DNA of 55,894 nt from an uncultured Actinomycetes bacterium (GTDB lineage: Bacteria > Actinomycetota > Actinomycetes > Nanopelagicales > Nanopelagicaceae): assembly GCA_903892335.1 (NCBI GenBank), contig CAITID010000078.1:1-55894 (forward strand). Direction: 5' to 3'. The notes under the pieces were generated by a model, which was given only the letters and a program-made list of their open reading frames with translations, was not told where the DNA came from and searched no databases. Both the position numbers and the translations under genes were made by a program. Positions 42,364 through 51,227 of the stretch are shown piece by piece (position 1 is the first letter of the stretch; every line of letters starts with the position of its first letter).

Positions 42364-43142
42364 ATTTTTAGCCCTTCAAAATCTTCTAATTGGAATGGGC
42401 GTTTCTTTTCATTTATTATACGCATTACCCATTCTTTGGTTTCTGAGTCTAGTAGATAGTAAGGATCTTTCTTAATGAGTTTAGTTATCAACTTTAGCGA
42501 AGCTGACATATTTAGAACCATGTTTTTGGTGGCGATTCCGGTTACTGTCCTAATCACATTATTCTCTCGCAAGTCTTTTTCTATTTTACTCCAGTCATAA
42601 TTTAGATTTCTGCCAAGTGGCCTAACTTTCAATTCCAACGAAGTTCTGTGAGTATTTTCCTTAATTTCTAACACACCAGCAATTGTCTTTGTGTATCTGT
42701 AATCAATTTTGTTAACTTCTTCTATATAGTGCAGAAATGTAAACGAGTTAAAACTTGCGCCCAAGAATAATACTTGTGCATCTGCGTTTAAAAGTTCTTC
42801 AAATTCTGAGCCAAGATCGAATGGTTTGTATAGCTCTTTTATTTTTGGGCTTAAAACTGAGCCAAAGCCAACATGAGAGTAAATTGGGGTGAAGGTTCGT
42901 ACAGAGTTCGGCATATTCAGTACCGCCGAATTTACAGCTCCGACGCTAGTACCATCTTGGTGCGGGTTAAATTTCCTTGTTCCACCAAAATTATAGTTAT
43001 AGGCAGGAAACCATAACTCTCCGTAATTGAGTTGCTTATCTAGATAATTTATTACCCGATTTTGTGGCTTGGTCCCATACTTAGAATTTCTAAGAATTCC
43101 TAGATCTATTCTCGATATATCCGTATGAACTAAATAAACCAT
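42360..43142 (-). CDS. AAC(3)-family N-acyltransferase
   Basis: LVHTD, FPAYNY, RT.TPIYSH and LFLGA...TFLHYIEE patterns of the Antibiotic_NAT fold. Confidence 0.78.
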   Translation of the reverse strand: MVYLVHTDISRIDLGILRNSKYGTKPQNRVINYLDKQLNYGELWFPAYNYNFGGTRKFNPHQDGTSVGAVNSAVLNMPNSVRTFTPIYSHVGFGSVLSPKIKELYKPFDLGSEFEELLNADAQVLFLGASFNSFTFLHYIEEVNKIDYRYTKTIAGVLEIKENTHRTSLELKVRPLGRNLNYDWSKIEKDLRENNVIRTVTGIATKNMVLNMSASLKLITKLIKKDPYYLLDSETKEWVMRIINEKKRPFQLEDFEGLKI

Positions 43143-43405
43143 TAAGCTTAACCTTTCTTACTTGGCGAACCTACCATATTTCGTCCTAAGTGTGTTTTAT
43201 GACCTTACTTTCCGCCCCAATAAACTTATTAATTATGTGTATGAGTCTACTGGCCAAAGTTGCTTAAAGTTTGAGTGAATATCTTATGAAAAATTTATTT
43301 TAAGAGTACCAAGTTTTAAAAATCAATTCTTTTTTTCTTTAATTGTAGTTTTTATTCTTGTTATTGAGGAATCGTTCGAGATAGCTTCTTGTAACTTTAG
43401 ATGGA

Positions 43406-46135
43406 TCATCGATTAGATTGCTTTCCCACACCAGTAGCAGCTTTCTTGGCCTTCTTCTTAGCACCTGCGCCTTTAATAGTTTTCTCAGTCAATGTAGGCG
43501 CAGTTTTCTTGGCCGATGTTTTTTTCTTTTTCTTACCCGATCCACCAGGGTTTTCTAACTCCCATGCCCGGCGCCCAGCTAGTAATTCAAGTGCTCGCTC
43601 AATTGTTAGAAGTTCAACTGCATCTCCTCTGCGAAGGGTTGCATTTACTTCACCATCTGTTACATAAACACCAAAGCGACCATCTTTAACAATTACCTCT
43701 TTACCAGTTGTTGGATCTTGTCCTAACTCTTTAAGTGGCGGCTTTGCAACACCGCGCCTGCGCACCTTTGGTTGTTTGTAAATTTCAATTGCTTCTTCCA
43801 GTCCAATTGAGAAAAGTTGATCCTCACTCGTTAGTGTTCGAGAGTCTGCACCATGTTTCATATATGGGCCATAGCGACCATTTTGAACAGTGATTGGTTC
43901 ATCTTGGTATGTGCCAAGTGTGCGCGGAAGTGAAAGCAGACGGAGAGCGTCCTTTAAATCAATAGTATCTAGTGTCATTGTTGAAAGAAGGGAAGCAGTC
44001 TTTGGCTTCGGTGCATCTTTCTTCTTTCGCTTTTTCTTTGCACCCTCTTCAACAATTTCTTCTGGGAATACTTCGGTGATGTAAGCACCAAAGCGTCCAG
44101 ATTTTGCAATTACTTCAAGCCCAGTTTCTGGATCAGTTCCTAACTTTCGCTCACCAGATGGTTTAGCAAGTAATTCAATTGCTTTAGCAAGTGTTAACTC
44201 ATCCGGTGCCATCTCCTCTGGAATATTGGCAAACTTTCGCTCCTCACCTTGTCCTTGTTGCAAATATGCACCAAAGCGACCAACACGTATTTCAATATCC
44301 TCACCCATCTTCATGGTGTTAATTGCTTGTGCGTCAATGGCGCCAAGATCTGCTGATAGATCTTCTAATCCTGGGTTGTTCTCACTTCCATAGAAAAAGT
44401 TTGTCAGCCAAGCAACTCTTTCTGTTTCACCATTTGCAATTCGATCTAAATCCTCCTCCATTGAGGCGGTGAACTCGTAATCAATTAACTTTGTAAAGTG
44501 TTGTTCTAGCAAGCCAGTTACAGAAAATGCTAGAAATGTTGGAACTAGAGCGCGCCCGCGTTTTGCAACGTAGCCACGATCTTGAATTGTCTGCATAATC
44601 GAAGCAAAAGTTGAAGGCCGCCCAATACCGAGCTCTTCTAGCTTTTTAACAAGAGTTGGCTCGGTATAACGTGCTGGTGGCTTGGTTTCATGCCCCTCAC
44701 AGGTGTATTCATTAACTGAAATCTTCTCCCCAACTGACATTGCTGGAAGCCTGCGATCAGTATCTTCAGCATCACTCTTATCTTCTGCAATCTCTTCATA
44801 AGCTGCTAAAAATCCTGCGAAGGTAAGTACTGAACCATTGGCACGAAAGATTGCATCTTTACCTGTCTTAGTTTTAACATCAAAATCAACTCGCATCTGT
44901 TGTTTCTTAGCATCTGACATTTGAGAAGCAACAGTGCGCTTCCAAATTAAATCATAAAGTGCAAATTCATCCCGTGATAACTCTGGCGCTAACTCACCTG
45001 GTGTTTTAAATGCATCCCCTGCTGGGCGAATTGCCTCGTGTGCTTCTTGAGCATTTTTTGTTTTACCTTCATAAACACGCGGTGTTGCTGGCACAAACTC
45101 TTTTCCATAAAGTGCTTGCGCAGATGAGCGCGCAGCAGCTATTGCAGAAGAAGAAAGAGTTACCGAGTCAGTACGCATGTAAGTGATGTAGCCATTTTCA
45201 TATAAGCGCTGGGCAATACGCATTGTTAACTGCGCGCCCCAACCTAAACGAGAGCCGGCATCTTGTTGCATAGTAGATGTTGTAAATGGCGCTTTAGGGC
45301 GCTCAGTTCGTGGTGACTCTTCAAGTGATTTAACAATAAGAGATTGCCCAGATAGAGATTGCACTAGTTCTCTAGCGCCAGCTTCATCTAACAACAAAAT
45401 ATTCTCGAGTGATTTCTCTTTAATGCCACCATTTGAATCAAAATCATTTGTCGCAGCAACCCGCTTGCCTTCAAGGGATAAAAGTCGGGCGTTAAAGCCT
45501 GGCGCACACACAGCTGCTAAATCCCACCAAGCGGAAGAAATAAATGCCATCCGTTCACGCTCGCGCTCAACAATTAATCTAGTTGCAACAGATTGCACAC
45601 GTCCTGCTGAAATACGTGGCATAACTTTTTTCCATAAAACTGGAGATAAGCGGTAGCCATATAGGCGATCTAATACACGACGTGTTTCCTGGGCATCCAC
45701 TAATCGATAATCTAAATCCCGAGTTTCCTTAGCTGCTTTTTGAATCGCCTCTTTAGTAATCTCATGAAAAACCATTCGCCTAACTGGAATCTTTGGTCGC
45801 AACACTTCAATTAGGTGCCATGCAATTGCTTCACCTTCGCGGTCCTCATCCGTTGCCAGAATTAATTCATCGGCATCTTTCATTAACTCTTTTAACTCTG
45901 AAACTTTTGCTTTTTTATCTGGGTTAATTACATAAAGTGGAGCGAAATCCTCTTCAATATTTACACCCTCTTTAGCCCACGCAAACTTCTTAAACTCTTT
46001 AGGAATATCTGCTGCGCGTTGCGGCAGGTCGCGAATGTGACCAACAGATGCTTCAACAACGTAATCATCCCCAAGGAAGGAGCCAATCTTGCGCGCCTTC
46101 GCTGGGGATTCAACGATTACTAGCTTTGTGCCCAA
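43406..46135 (-). CDS. topA: DNA topoisomerase I
   Basis: IVESPAKA, ATDEDREGE, SAGRVQS and ITYMRTDS motifs; four GR(F/Y)GxY C-terminal repeats and a Lys-rich tail. Confidence 0.98.
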   Translation of the reverse strand: MGTKLVIVESPAKARKIGSFLGDDYVVEASVGHIRDLPQRAADIPKEFKKFAWAKEGVNIEEDFAPLYVINPDKKAKVSELKELMKDADELILATDEDREGEAIAWHLIEVLRPKIPVRRMVFHEITKEAIQKAAKETRDLDYRLVDAQETRRVLDRLYGYRLSPVLWKKVMPRISAGRVQSVATRLIVERERERMAFISSAWWDLAAVCAPGFNARLLSLEGKRVAATNDFDSNGGIKEKSLENILLLDEAGARELVQSLSGQSLIVKSLEESPRTERPKAPFTTSTMQQDAGSRLGWGAQLTMRIAQRLYENGYITYMRTDSVTLSSSAIAAARSSAQALYGKEFVPATPRVYEGKTKNAQEAHEAIRPAGDAFKTPGELAPELSRDEFALYDLIWKRTVASQMSDAKKQQMRVDFDVKTKTGKDAIFRANGSVLTFAGFLAAYEEIAEDKSDAEDTDRRLPAMSVGEKISVNEYTCEGHETKPPARYTEPTLVKKLEELGIGRPSTFASIMQTIQDRGYVAKRGRALVPTFLAFSVTGLLEQHFTKLIDYEFTASMEEDLDRIANGETERVAWLTNFFYGSENNPGLEDLSADLGAIDAQAINTMKMGEDIEIRVGRFGAYLQQGQGEERKFANIPEEMAPDELTLAKAIELLAKPSGERKLGTDPETGLEVIAKSGRFGAYITEVFPEEIVEEGAKKKRKKKDAPKPKTASLLSTMTLDTIDLKDALRLLSLPRTLGTYQDEPITVQNGRYGPYMKHGADSRTLTSEDQLFSIGLEEAIEIYKQPKVRRRGVAKPPLKELGQDPTTGKEVIVKDGRFGVYVTDGEVNATLRRGDAVELLTIERALELLAGRRAWELENPGGSGKKKKKTSAKKTAPTLTEKTIKGAGAKKKAKKAATGVGKQSNR

Positions 46136-46140
46136 ATTAA

Positions 46141-48402
46141 TTAGCCAATCGCGGTTGAGGCGCGGCGGTTGCGAACTAACGCAACCACAATTGCAAGAGT
46201 TGCAACAAGGGCGATCATGCGAGATGTACCCTCATTGTTATCTAATGCAAAGCCAACAATCGCTGGTGTAATTAATAAACCAACTAAGTTCATTACCTTA
46301 ATCAATGGGTTAATTGCAGGACCTGCAGTGTCTTTAAATGGATCACCAACAGTGTCACCAACGATTGTGGCTTTATGCGCTTCACTGCCCTTACCACCGT
46401 ATGAACCATCTTCAACCATCTTCTTTGCGTTATCCCAAGCACCACCTGAGTTAGATAGGAAGACTGCCATTAATGTTCCAGTACCAATTGATCCAGCAAG
46501 GTAGGCACCGAGTGCGCCAACACCTAAACCAAAACCAACTGCAATTGGTGCCATAACTGCTAGCAGACCAGGAGTTGCAAGTTCACGCAGTGAATCACGT
46601 GTGCAGATATCAACTACACGGCCGTACTCTGGCTTTACCTTGCCAGTCATAATTCCTGGGTACTTCTTAAATTGTGCACGAACCTCAACAACAACAGCTG
46701 CTGCTGCGCGAGATACTGCGTTAATTGCAAGACCTGAGAACATAAATACAACGGAAGCTCCGATAATTAATCCGACCAAATTGCGTGGATCTGCAATATC
46801 TAGAACACCAGTGAACTCAAGTGCTACAGATGAAGCGCTCTTGCCAGCATCAATTACTGCAATCTTAATTGCATCAGTAAACGCACCGAACAAAGCTGTT
46901 GCAGCAAGTACTGCTGTAGCAATTGCAATTCCCTTTGTAATCGCCTTAGTTGTATTTCCAACAGCATCTAGTGAGGTAAGGATCTTTGCGCCTTCACCCT
47001 TAACATCTCCTGACATCTCAGCAATACCTTGTGCGTTATCTGAGATCGGTCCAAAGGTATCCATTGCAACAATTACACCAACAGTAGTTAACAAACCAGT
47101 TCCGGCTAATGAGATTGCAAATAGTGAGAGAACAATTGAGCCACCGCCAAGTAGGAATGCGCCATAAACAGCAGATGCAATTAGTAACGCTGAGTAAACA
47201 GCTGATTCAAAACCAACTGAGATACCAGCCAAAATTACTGTTGCTGCCCCTGTCTTAGAAGAGGCTGCGACATCATTTACTGGACGCTTGCCAACTTCTG
47301 TAAAGAAGCCAGTTAATACTTGAATTGCTGCAGCTAAAAGAATTCCGATTAATACTGCGCCAAGGGCTAGTACACGTGGGTTGATATCAGCGTTTTGTGC
47401 CTCCATTGATAAACCTGACATGTTTCTTAGTGAGCTAGGCAAGTATGTGTAGGTTGCAAAACCAACTAGTACTGCGCTGATCACGGCTGACATAAAGAAT
47501 GAGCGATTAATCGCAGTCATCGCAGTCTTATCAGATGGGCGAAGACGAGTTAAGAAAATACCAAGAATTGCAGTAATGATTCCAATCGCTGGAACGATTA
47601 ATGGGTAAATCAAGCCAGCATCACCGAATCCTGCTTTACCAAGAATTAATGCTGCAACAAGTGTTACTGCATAGGATTCAAATAGATCAGCCGCCATTCC
47701 AGCACAGTCACCAACATTGTCACCAACATTGTCTGCAATGGTTGCGGCGTTTCGAGGGTCATCCTCTGGAATATTCTTTTCAACCTTACCAACTAGGTCT
47801 GCGCCAACATCTGCAGCCTTTGTAAAGATACCGCCACCAACGCGCATAAACATCGCGAGCATGGCAGCGCCAAAACCAAATCCTTCAAGTACTGATGGGG
47901 CATTTTCTTTGTAAATGATCACCACAAGGGAAGCACCAAGTAATCCCAAACCAACAGTTGTCATACCAACAACACCGCCGGTGCGGAAAGCAATTTGTAC
48001 TGCGCGCTCGGCAGATTTCTTACGAGCCGCCTCTGCAACGCGAACGTTGGCACGAACTGCAAGCCACATTCCGTTGTAACCAACGAGAGCTGAAAAGCCT
48101 GCGCCAACTAAAAAGAATAATGAGCGACCGATACGAATTTCCGTATCACCAGGCAGTGCGAATAAAAGAACAAATACAAGTGCAACAAAGACAGAGAGTG
48201 TTCTAAATTGGCGAGCTAAATATGCCGCCGCACCTTCTTGAACCGCAGCTGCAATTTCTTGCATCTTCGCTGTTCCTGGATCTTGCGCTAACACCTGCGC
48301 ACGAAGTGCCCACGCGATTGCGAGCGCTAAGAGTGAAATGCCGAGGATGGCATAGACGATGTTTAGGTTATCTCCAGTTACTTGGACTTGGACAAGATTC
48401 AA
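46141..48402 (-). CDS. hppA: Membrane-bound ion-translocating pyrophosphatase, K+-independent H+-PPase type
   Basis: DVGADLVGKVE, DNVGDNVGD, GNTTKAITKG, GGAWDNAKK and GDTVGDPFKDT motifs. Confidence 0.95.
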   Translation of the reverse strand: MNLVQVQVTGDNLNIVYAILGISLLALAIAWALRAQVLAQDPGTAKMQEIAAAVQEGAAAYLARQFRTLSVFVALVFVLLFALPGDTEIRIGRSLFFLVGAGFSALVGYNGMWLAVRANVRVAEAARKKSAERAVQIAFRTGGVVGMTTVGLGLLGASLVVIIYKENAPSVLEGFGFGAAMLAMFMRVGGGIFTKAADVGADLVGKVEKNIPEDDPRNAATIADNVGDNVGDCAGMAADLFESYAVTLVAALILGKAGFGDAGLIYPLIVPAIGIITAILGIFLTRLRPSDKTAMTAINRSFFMSAVISAVLVGFATYTYLPSSLRNMSGLSMEAQNADINPRVLALGAVLIGILLAAAIQVLTGFFTEVGKRPVNDVAASSKTGAATVILAGISVGFESAVYSALLIASAVYGAFLLGGGSIVLSLFAISLAGTGLLTTVGVIVAMDTFGPISDNAQGIAEMSGDVKGEGAKILTSLDAVGNTTKAITKGIAIATAVLAATALFGAFTDAIKIAVIDAGKSASSVALEFTGVLDIADPRNLVGLIIGASVVFMFSGLAINAVSRAAAAVVVEVRAQFKKYPGIMTGKVKPEYGRVVDICTRDSLRELATPGLLAVMAPIAVGFGLGVGALGAYLAGSIGTGTLMAVFLSNSGGAWDNAKKMVEDGSYGGKGSEAHKATIVGDTVGDPFKDTAGPAINPLIKVMNLVGLLITPAIVGFALDNNEGTSRMIALVATLAIVVALVRNRRASTAIG

Positions 48403-48412
48403 TTGACTCTCT

Positions 48413-48556
48413 CCTTGGGTTGGGCTCAGCTTTGAGCGTTGTGTTAAGAAAGCCCCTGAAGTTAAGGGCGATGGCCGAGTTTACGCATACCCCTTAGCCT
48501 TTTTACAAATAAATAGGTATCAGGTGGATAGATCACGCTCAAATTAGCCCGCAGGG
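48413..48556. repeat. Long-range imperfect inverted repeat between hppA and the dedA-family gene
   Basis: CCTTG/CAGGG, TGGGCT/AGCCCG and TTTGAGCGT(48431-39)/ACGCTCAAA(48535-43), with internal GCCC/GGGC and ATACC/GGTAT stems. Confidence 0.45.
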
Positions 48557-48577
48557 GCAGATACTCTGACCTTCCTT

Positions 48578-49216
48578 ATGAACCTTATGGATCTATTAGA
48601 TGCAAGCTCGGTGGTCTCCACCCTTGGATTACTCGGCGTCCTTGGCATTATTTTTATGGAGACTGGTTTATTAATTGGGCTTATATTTCCAGGTGGTGAA
48701 GTTGTTTTTCTTGCAGGTATCGCAGCCTCTGGTTCAGGAGCCGCACTTTTAGGGGACGCCAAATTATCAGCACCGCTTTTATTCACACTCGCCCCAGTTG
48801 CAGCGATTGCTGGTGGTGAGGCTGGTTATTGGTTTGGCAAGAAGTATGGCCGAAAGTATTTTATGCGCGCAGATACTCGCTTCTTTAATAACAAAATGCT
48901 GGCAACAACTGAAAAATGGTTACACCAGTATGGCCCGCGCAAAGCCTTAATCTTTGGCCGCTTCATACCTTTTGCTCGAACATTGATAAACCCAGTTTGT
49001 GGAGTTGTTAATCTAGAACGTAAGTTGTTTTCCACCTGGAATGCAATTGGCGCAATAATTTGGACTCAGGTCGCTATTGGCATAGGTTATCTATTAGGTG
49101 AGCAGTTAAAGGATTCGGTAAATTACTACCTATACCCAATAATTGGCGTAATAGTTTTAATCACCTTAATACCGCTGGTAACTAGAGTTTATAAAGAGCG
49201 CAAGGAGAGCAAATGA
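48578..49216 (+). CDS. DedA family membrane protein
   Basis: FMETGL...FPG, GYWFG and GRFIPFART motifs. Confidence 0.92.
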   Translation: MNLMDLLDASSVVSTLGLLGVLGIIFMETGLLIGLIFPGGEVVFLAGIAASGSGAALLGDAKLSAPLLFTLAPVAAIAGGEAGYWFGKKYGRKYFMRADTRFFNNKMLATTEKWLHQYGPRKALIFGRFIPFARTLINPVCGVVNLERKLFSTWNAIGAIIWTQVAIGIGYLLGEQLKDSVNYYLYPIIGVIVLITLIPLVTRVYKERKESK

Positions 49217-50301
49217 AGGTCTTGCACTTAATTACCAGAATGAATACTGGTGGTCCAGCAGTTTTCTTAGATCACCTAACACATGCAATTCATCCATCGT
49301 GTGAATCAGTAATTGGCTACGGCTACTGCGAAGGAAATGAAACTGATTACACCGAAAATCATGAGCTAACTGCAATTCTATTTAAATTAAAATCACTGCA
49401 TAGATCCCTTAACCCATTAGATGACATCAAAGCCTTTATCCAGATTCGCAATTTGATTAAGCAGGAGCAGCCAAAGGTAGTTAACACCCACACCTCTAAA
49501 GCAGGTGTTTTAGGCAGGGTTGCAGCCAAATCAGTTAGCCGAAAAATAAAGGTGGTTCACACCTTTCATGGCCACTTAATTTACGGCTACTTTGCTAAGT
49601 ACAAATCTTTTGCTTTTACAATTGTTGAAAAAATCCTGGCTTCATTTACCGATGTGGCAGTTGCTATTACCCATGAAACCCAAAGCACCTTACAAAAATT
49701 AGGAATTGGCAAACGGCTTAATTGGCAGGTAATTCACTTAGGAATTCCATTAATTGATGAGGTAATGCCTAAGAGTGATGGCACAAAACTACTTTGGGTA
49801 GGACGCTTTACCGATATTAAAGATCCATTTTATGCAATTGAGGTTATGCAGGAGCTAGAAAAACTAAAACCGAATACTTACTCATTAACCATGATTGGTG
49901 GCGGTGAGTTATTAAATTCAGTTAGAGAAAAAGCAAAGGGGCTTAAGGTTGATTTCACTGGTTGGGTTGACGCACCTTTCACACCTAAGCGACCATTTGA
50001 TGCACTGTTATTGACAAGTAAAAACGAGGGAATGGGTTTAGTTATTTTAGAAGCAGCCAACTTTGAGAAAGCAACTATTGCAAAAAATGTTGGTGGCATT
50101 AATGAGTTCATAAAAGATCGCGAGACTGGATTCTTAGTAAATGGCAATCCAGCCGCCATGGCAAAGGTGATTACTGCTTTAAGTGTTGATAATTTAGAAA
50201 AGGTTGGAAAACAAGCAAGACATCTATTAGAGGTTAACTTCTCTGATGAATCAATGGCAAATAATTATTTAAATCTTTATAAAACTTTATTAAAGCCCTA
50301 G
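49213..50301 (+). CDS. Glycosyltransferase family 4
   Basis: RMNTGGP, THTSKAG, HTFHGH, VGRF...K and EGMGLVILEA motifs. Confidence 0.9.
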   Translation: MKVLHLITRMNTGGPAVFLDHLTHAIHPSCESVIGYGYCEGNETDYTENHELTAILFKLKSLHRSLNPLDDIKAFIQIRNLIKQEQPKVVNTHTSKAGVLGRVAAKSVSRKIKVVHTFHGHLIYGYFAKYKSFAFTIVEKILASFTDVAVAITHETQSTLQKLGIGKRLNWQVIHLGIPLIDEVMPKSDGTKLLWVGRFTDIKDPFYAIEVMQELEKLKPNTYSLTMIGGGELLNSVREKAKGLKVDFTGWVDAPFTPKRPFDALLLTSKNEGMGLVILEAANFEKATIAKNVGGINEFIKDRETGFLVNGNPAAMAKVITALSVDNLEKVGKQARHLLEVNFSDESMANNYLNLYKTLLKP

Positions 50302-50823
50302 ATCACTTAACTGATAGGCAGCGCGGTATTCATACCCTGCCTCAATAACTTTAGGCGCAGCCCCTCGCTCCACAATGACTGCAACTGCAACAACAATTGC
50401 GCCAGCCTCTTTTAATGCTTCAACTGCAGTTAATACTGAGCCACCGGTTGTGGAGGTATCTTCAACCGCTAAAACTCGTTTGCCTTTAACATCTGGGCCT
50501 TCTATTCGCCGTTGCAGCCCATGTGCTTTCTCGGCCTTGCGCACAACAAATGAATCTAATTTGCGCCCATTTTGCGCTGCCACATGCATCATTGCAGTTG
50601 CAACTGGATCCGCCCCAAGTGTTAAGCCGCCAACTGCTTCATAATTTAAATCTTTTGTTAGCTCCAGCATTACCTGGCCAACTAATGGCGCAGCGACCGC
50701 GTCCAGTGTTACCCGGCGCAGATCAACGTAATAATCTGCCTCTTTGCCAGAGGACAAAATAACTTTGCCGTGTACAACTGCTTTATTTAAAATCTCTTTT
50801 TTTAATGATTCAAGTGATGACAT
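50290..50823 (-). CDS. pyrE: Orotate phosphoribosyltransferase
   Basis: LSSG...YYVD, GGLTLGADP, VRK..K.HG and VEDTSTTGGS motifs. Confidence 0.96.
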   Translation of the reverse strand: MSSLESLKKEILNKAVVHGKVILSSGKEADYYVDLRRVTLDAVAAPLVGQVMLELTKDLNYEAVGGLTLGADPVATAMMHVAAQNGRKLDSFVVRKAEKAHGLQRRIEGPDVKGKRVLAVEDTSTTGGSVLTAVEALKEAGAIVVAVAVIVERGAAPKVIEAGYEYRAAYQLSDLGL

Positions 50824-50849
50824 GTCAGAGAGCCTAGTGTGTAAATTCT

Positions 50850-51227
50850 TTACTGTTTTGGATAGACAACAACTGTTTGCCCACTGCGCTTTACCAAAGC
50901 CTTTGGTGGATTTGCCTCAATCAACGCATCTACCTCGGTGCGAAGCTTTGCTACCTCAAATGCCATATTTGCAACCGCTTGCTCAAGCTCCATGATCCGT
51001 GCAATTCCTGCAAGATTTATACCTTCACCAACTAAGCGCTGCACATTCCGCAGTTTCACAATATCAAGTAATGAGTATCTACGATTTTTACCAACTGTTC
51101 GATTTGGTGAAACTAAACCTAAGCGATCATATTGACGAAGTGTTTGTGGATGTAAGCCAGAGAGTTGGGATGCAACTGAGATTACATAAATTCCTTCATC
51201 TTCTGGAATTTGATCTTGATTAGACAT
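50850..51227 (-). CDS. hspR: Heat-shock transcriptional repressor HspR (MerR family)
   Basis: YVISVASQLSGLHPQTLRQYDRLGLV and GINLAGI motifs; last gene of the dnaK operon. Confidence 0.95.
   Translation of the reverse strand: MSNQDQIPEDEGIYVISVASQLSGLHPQTLRQYDRLGLVSPNRTVGKNRRYSLLDIVKLRNVQRLVGEGINLAGIARIMELEQAVANMAFEVAKLRTEVDALIEANPPKALVKRSGQTVVVYPKQ

Larger units (their letters stand above)
38350..43400. other. AT-rich island, block B (ACP-dependent acylation module)
   Basis: AT-rich insertion separating topA and tmk, which are normally adjacent. Boundaries are approximate. Confidence 0.8.

Noticed and set aside
42360-43142. Aminoglycoside resistance gene (AAC(3))
   Set aside because: The fold matches, but the ACP/FkbH/sugar-pathway context indicates a biosynthetic acyltransferase; no resistance or mobile context is present.
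38507-43142. PKS/NRPS secondary-metabolite cluster (methoxymalonyl-ACP or tetronate type)
   Set aside because: There is no ketosynthase, condensation or adenylation domain, FabH-like enzyme or acyl-ACP dehydrogenase in the window.
43406-44300. Repeats and Lys-rich tail in TopA (also the Lys/Ala-rich ends of FtsH)
   Set aside because: These are standard actinobacterial TopA C-terminal repeats and low-complexity tails.
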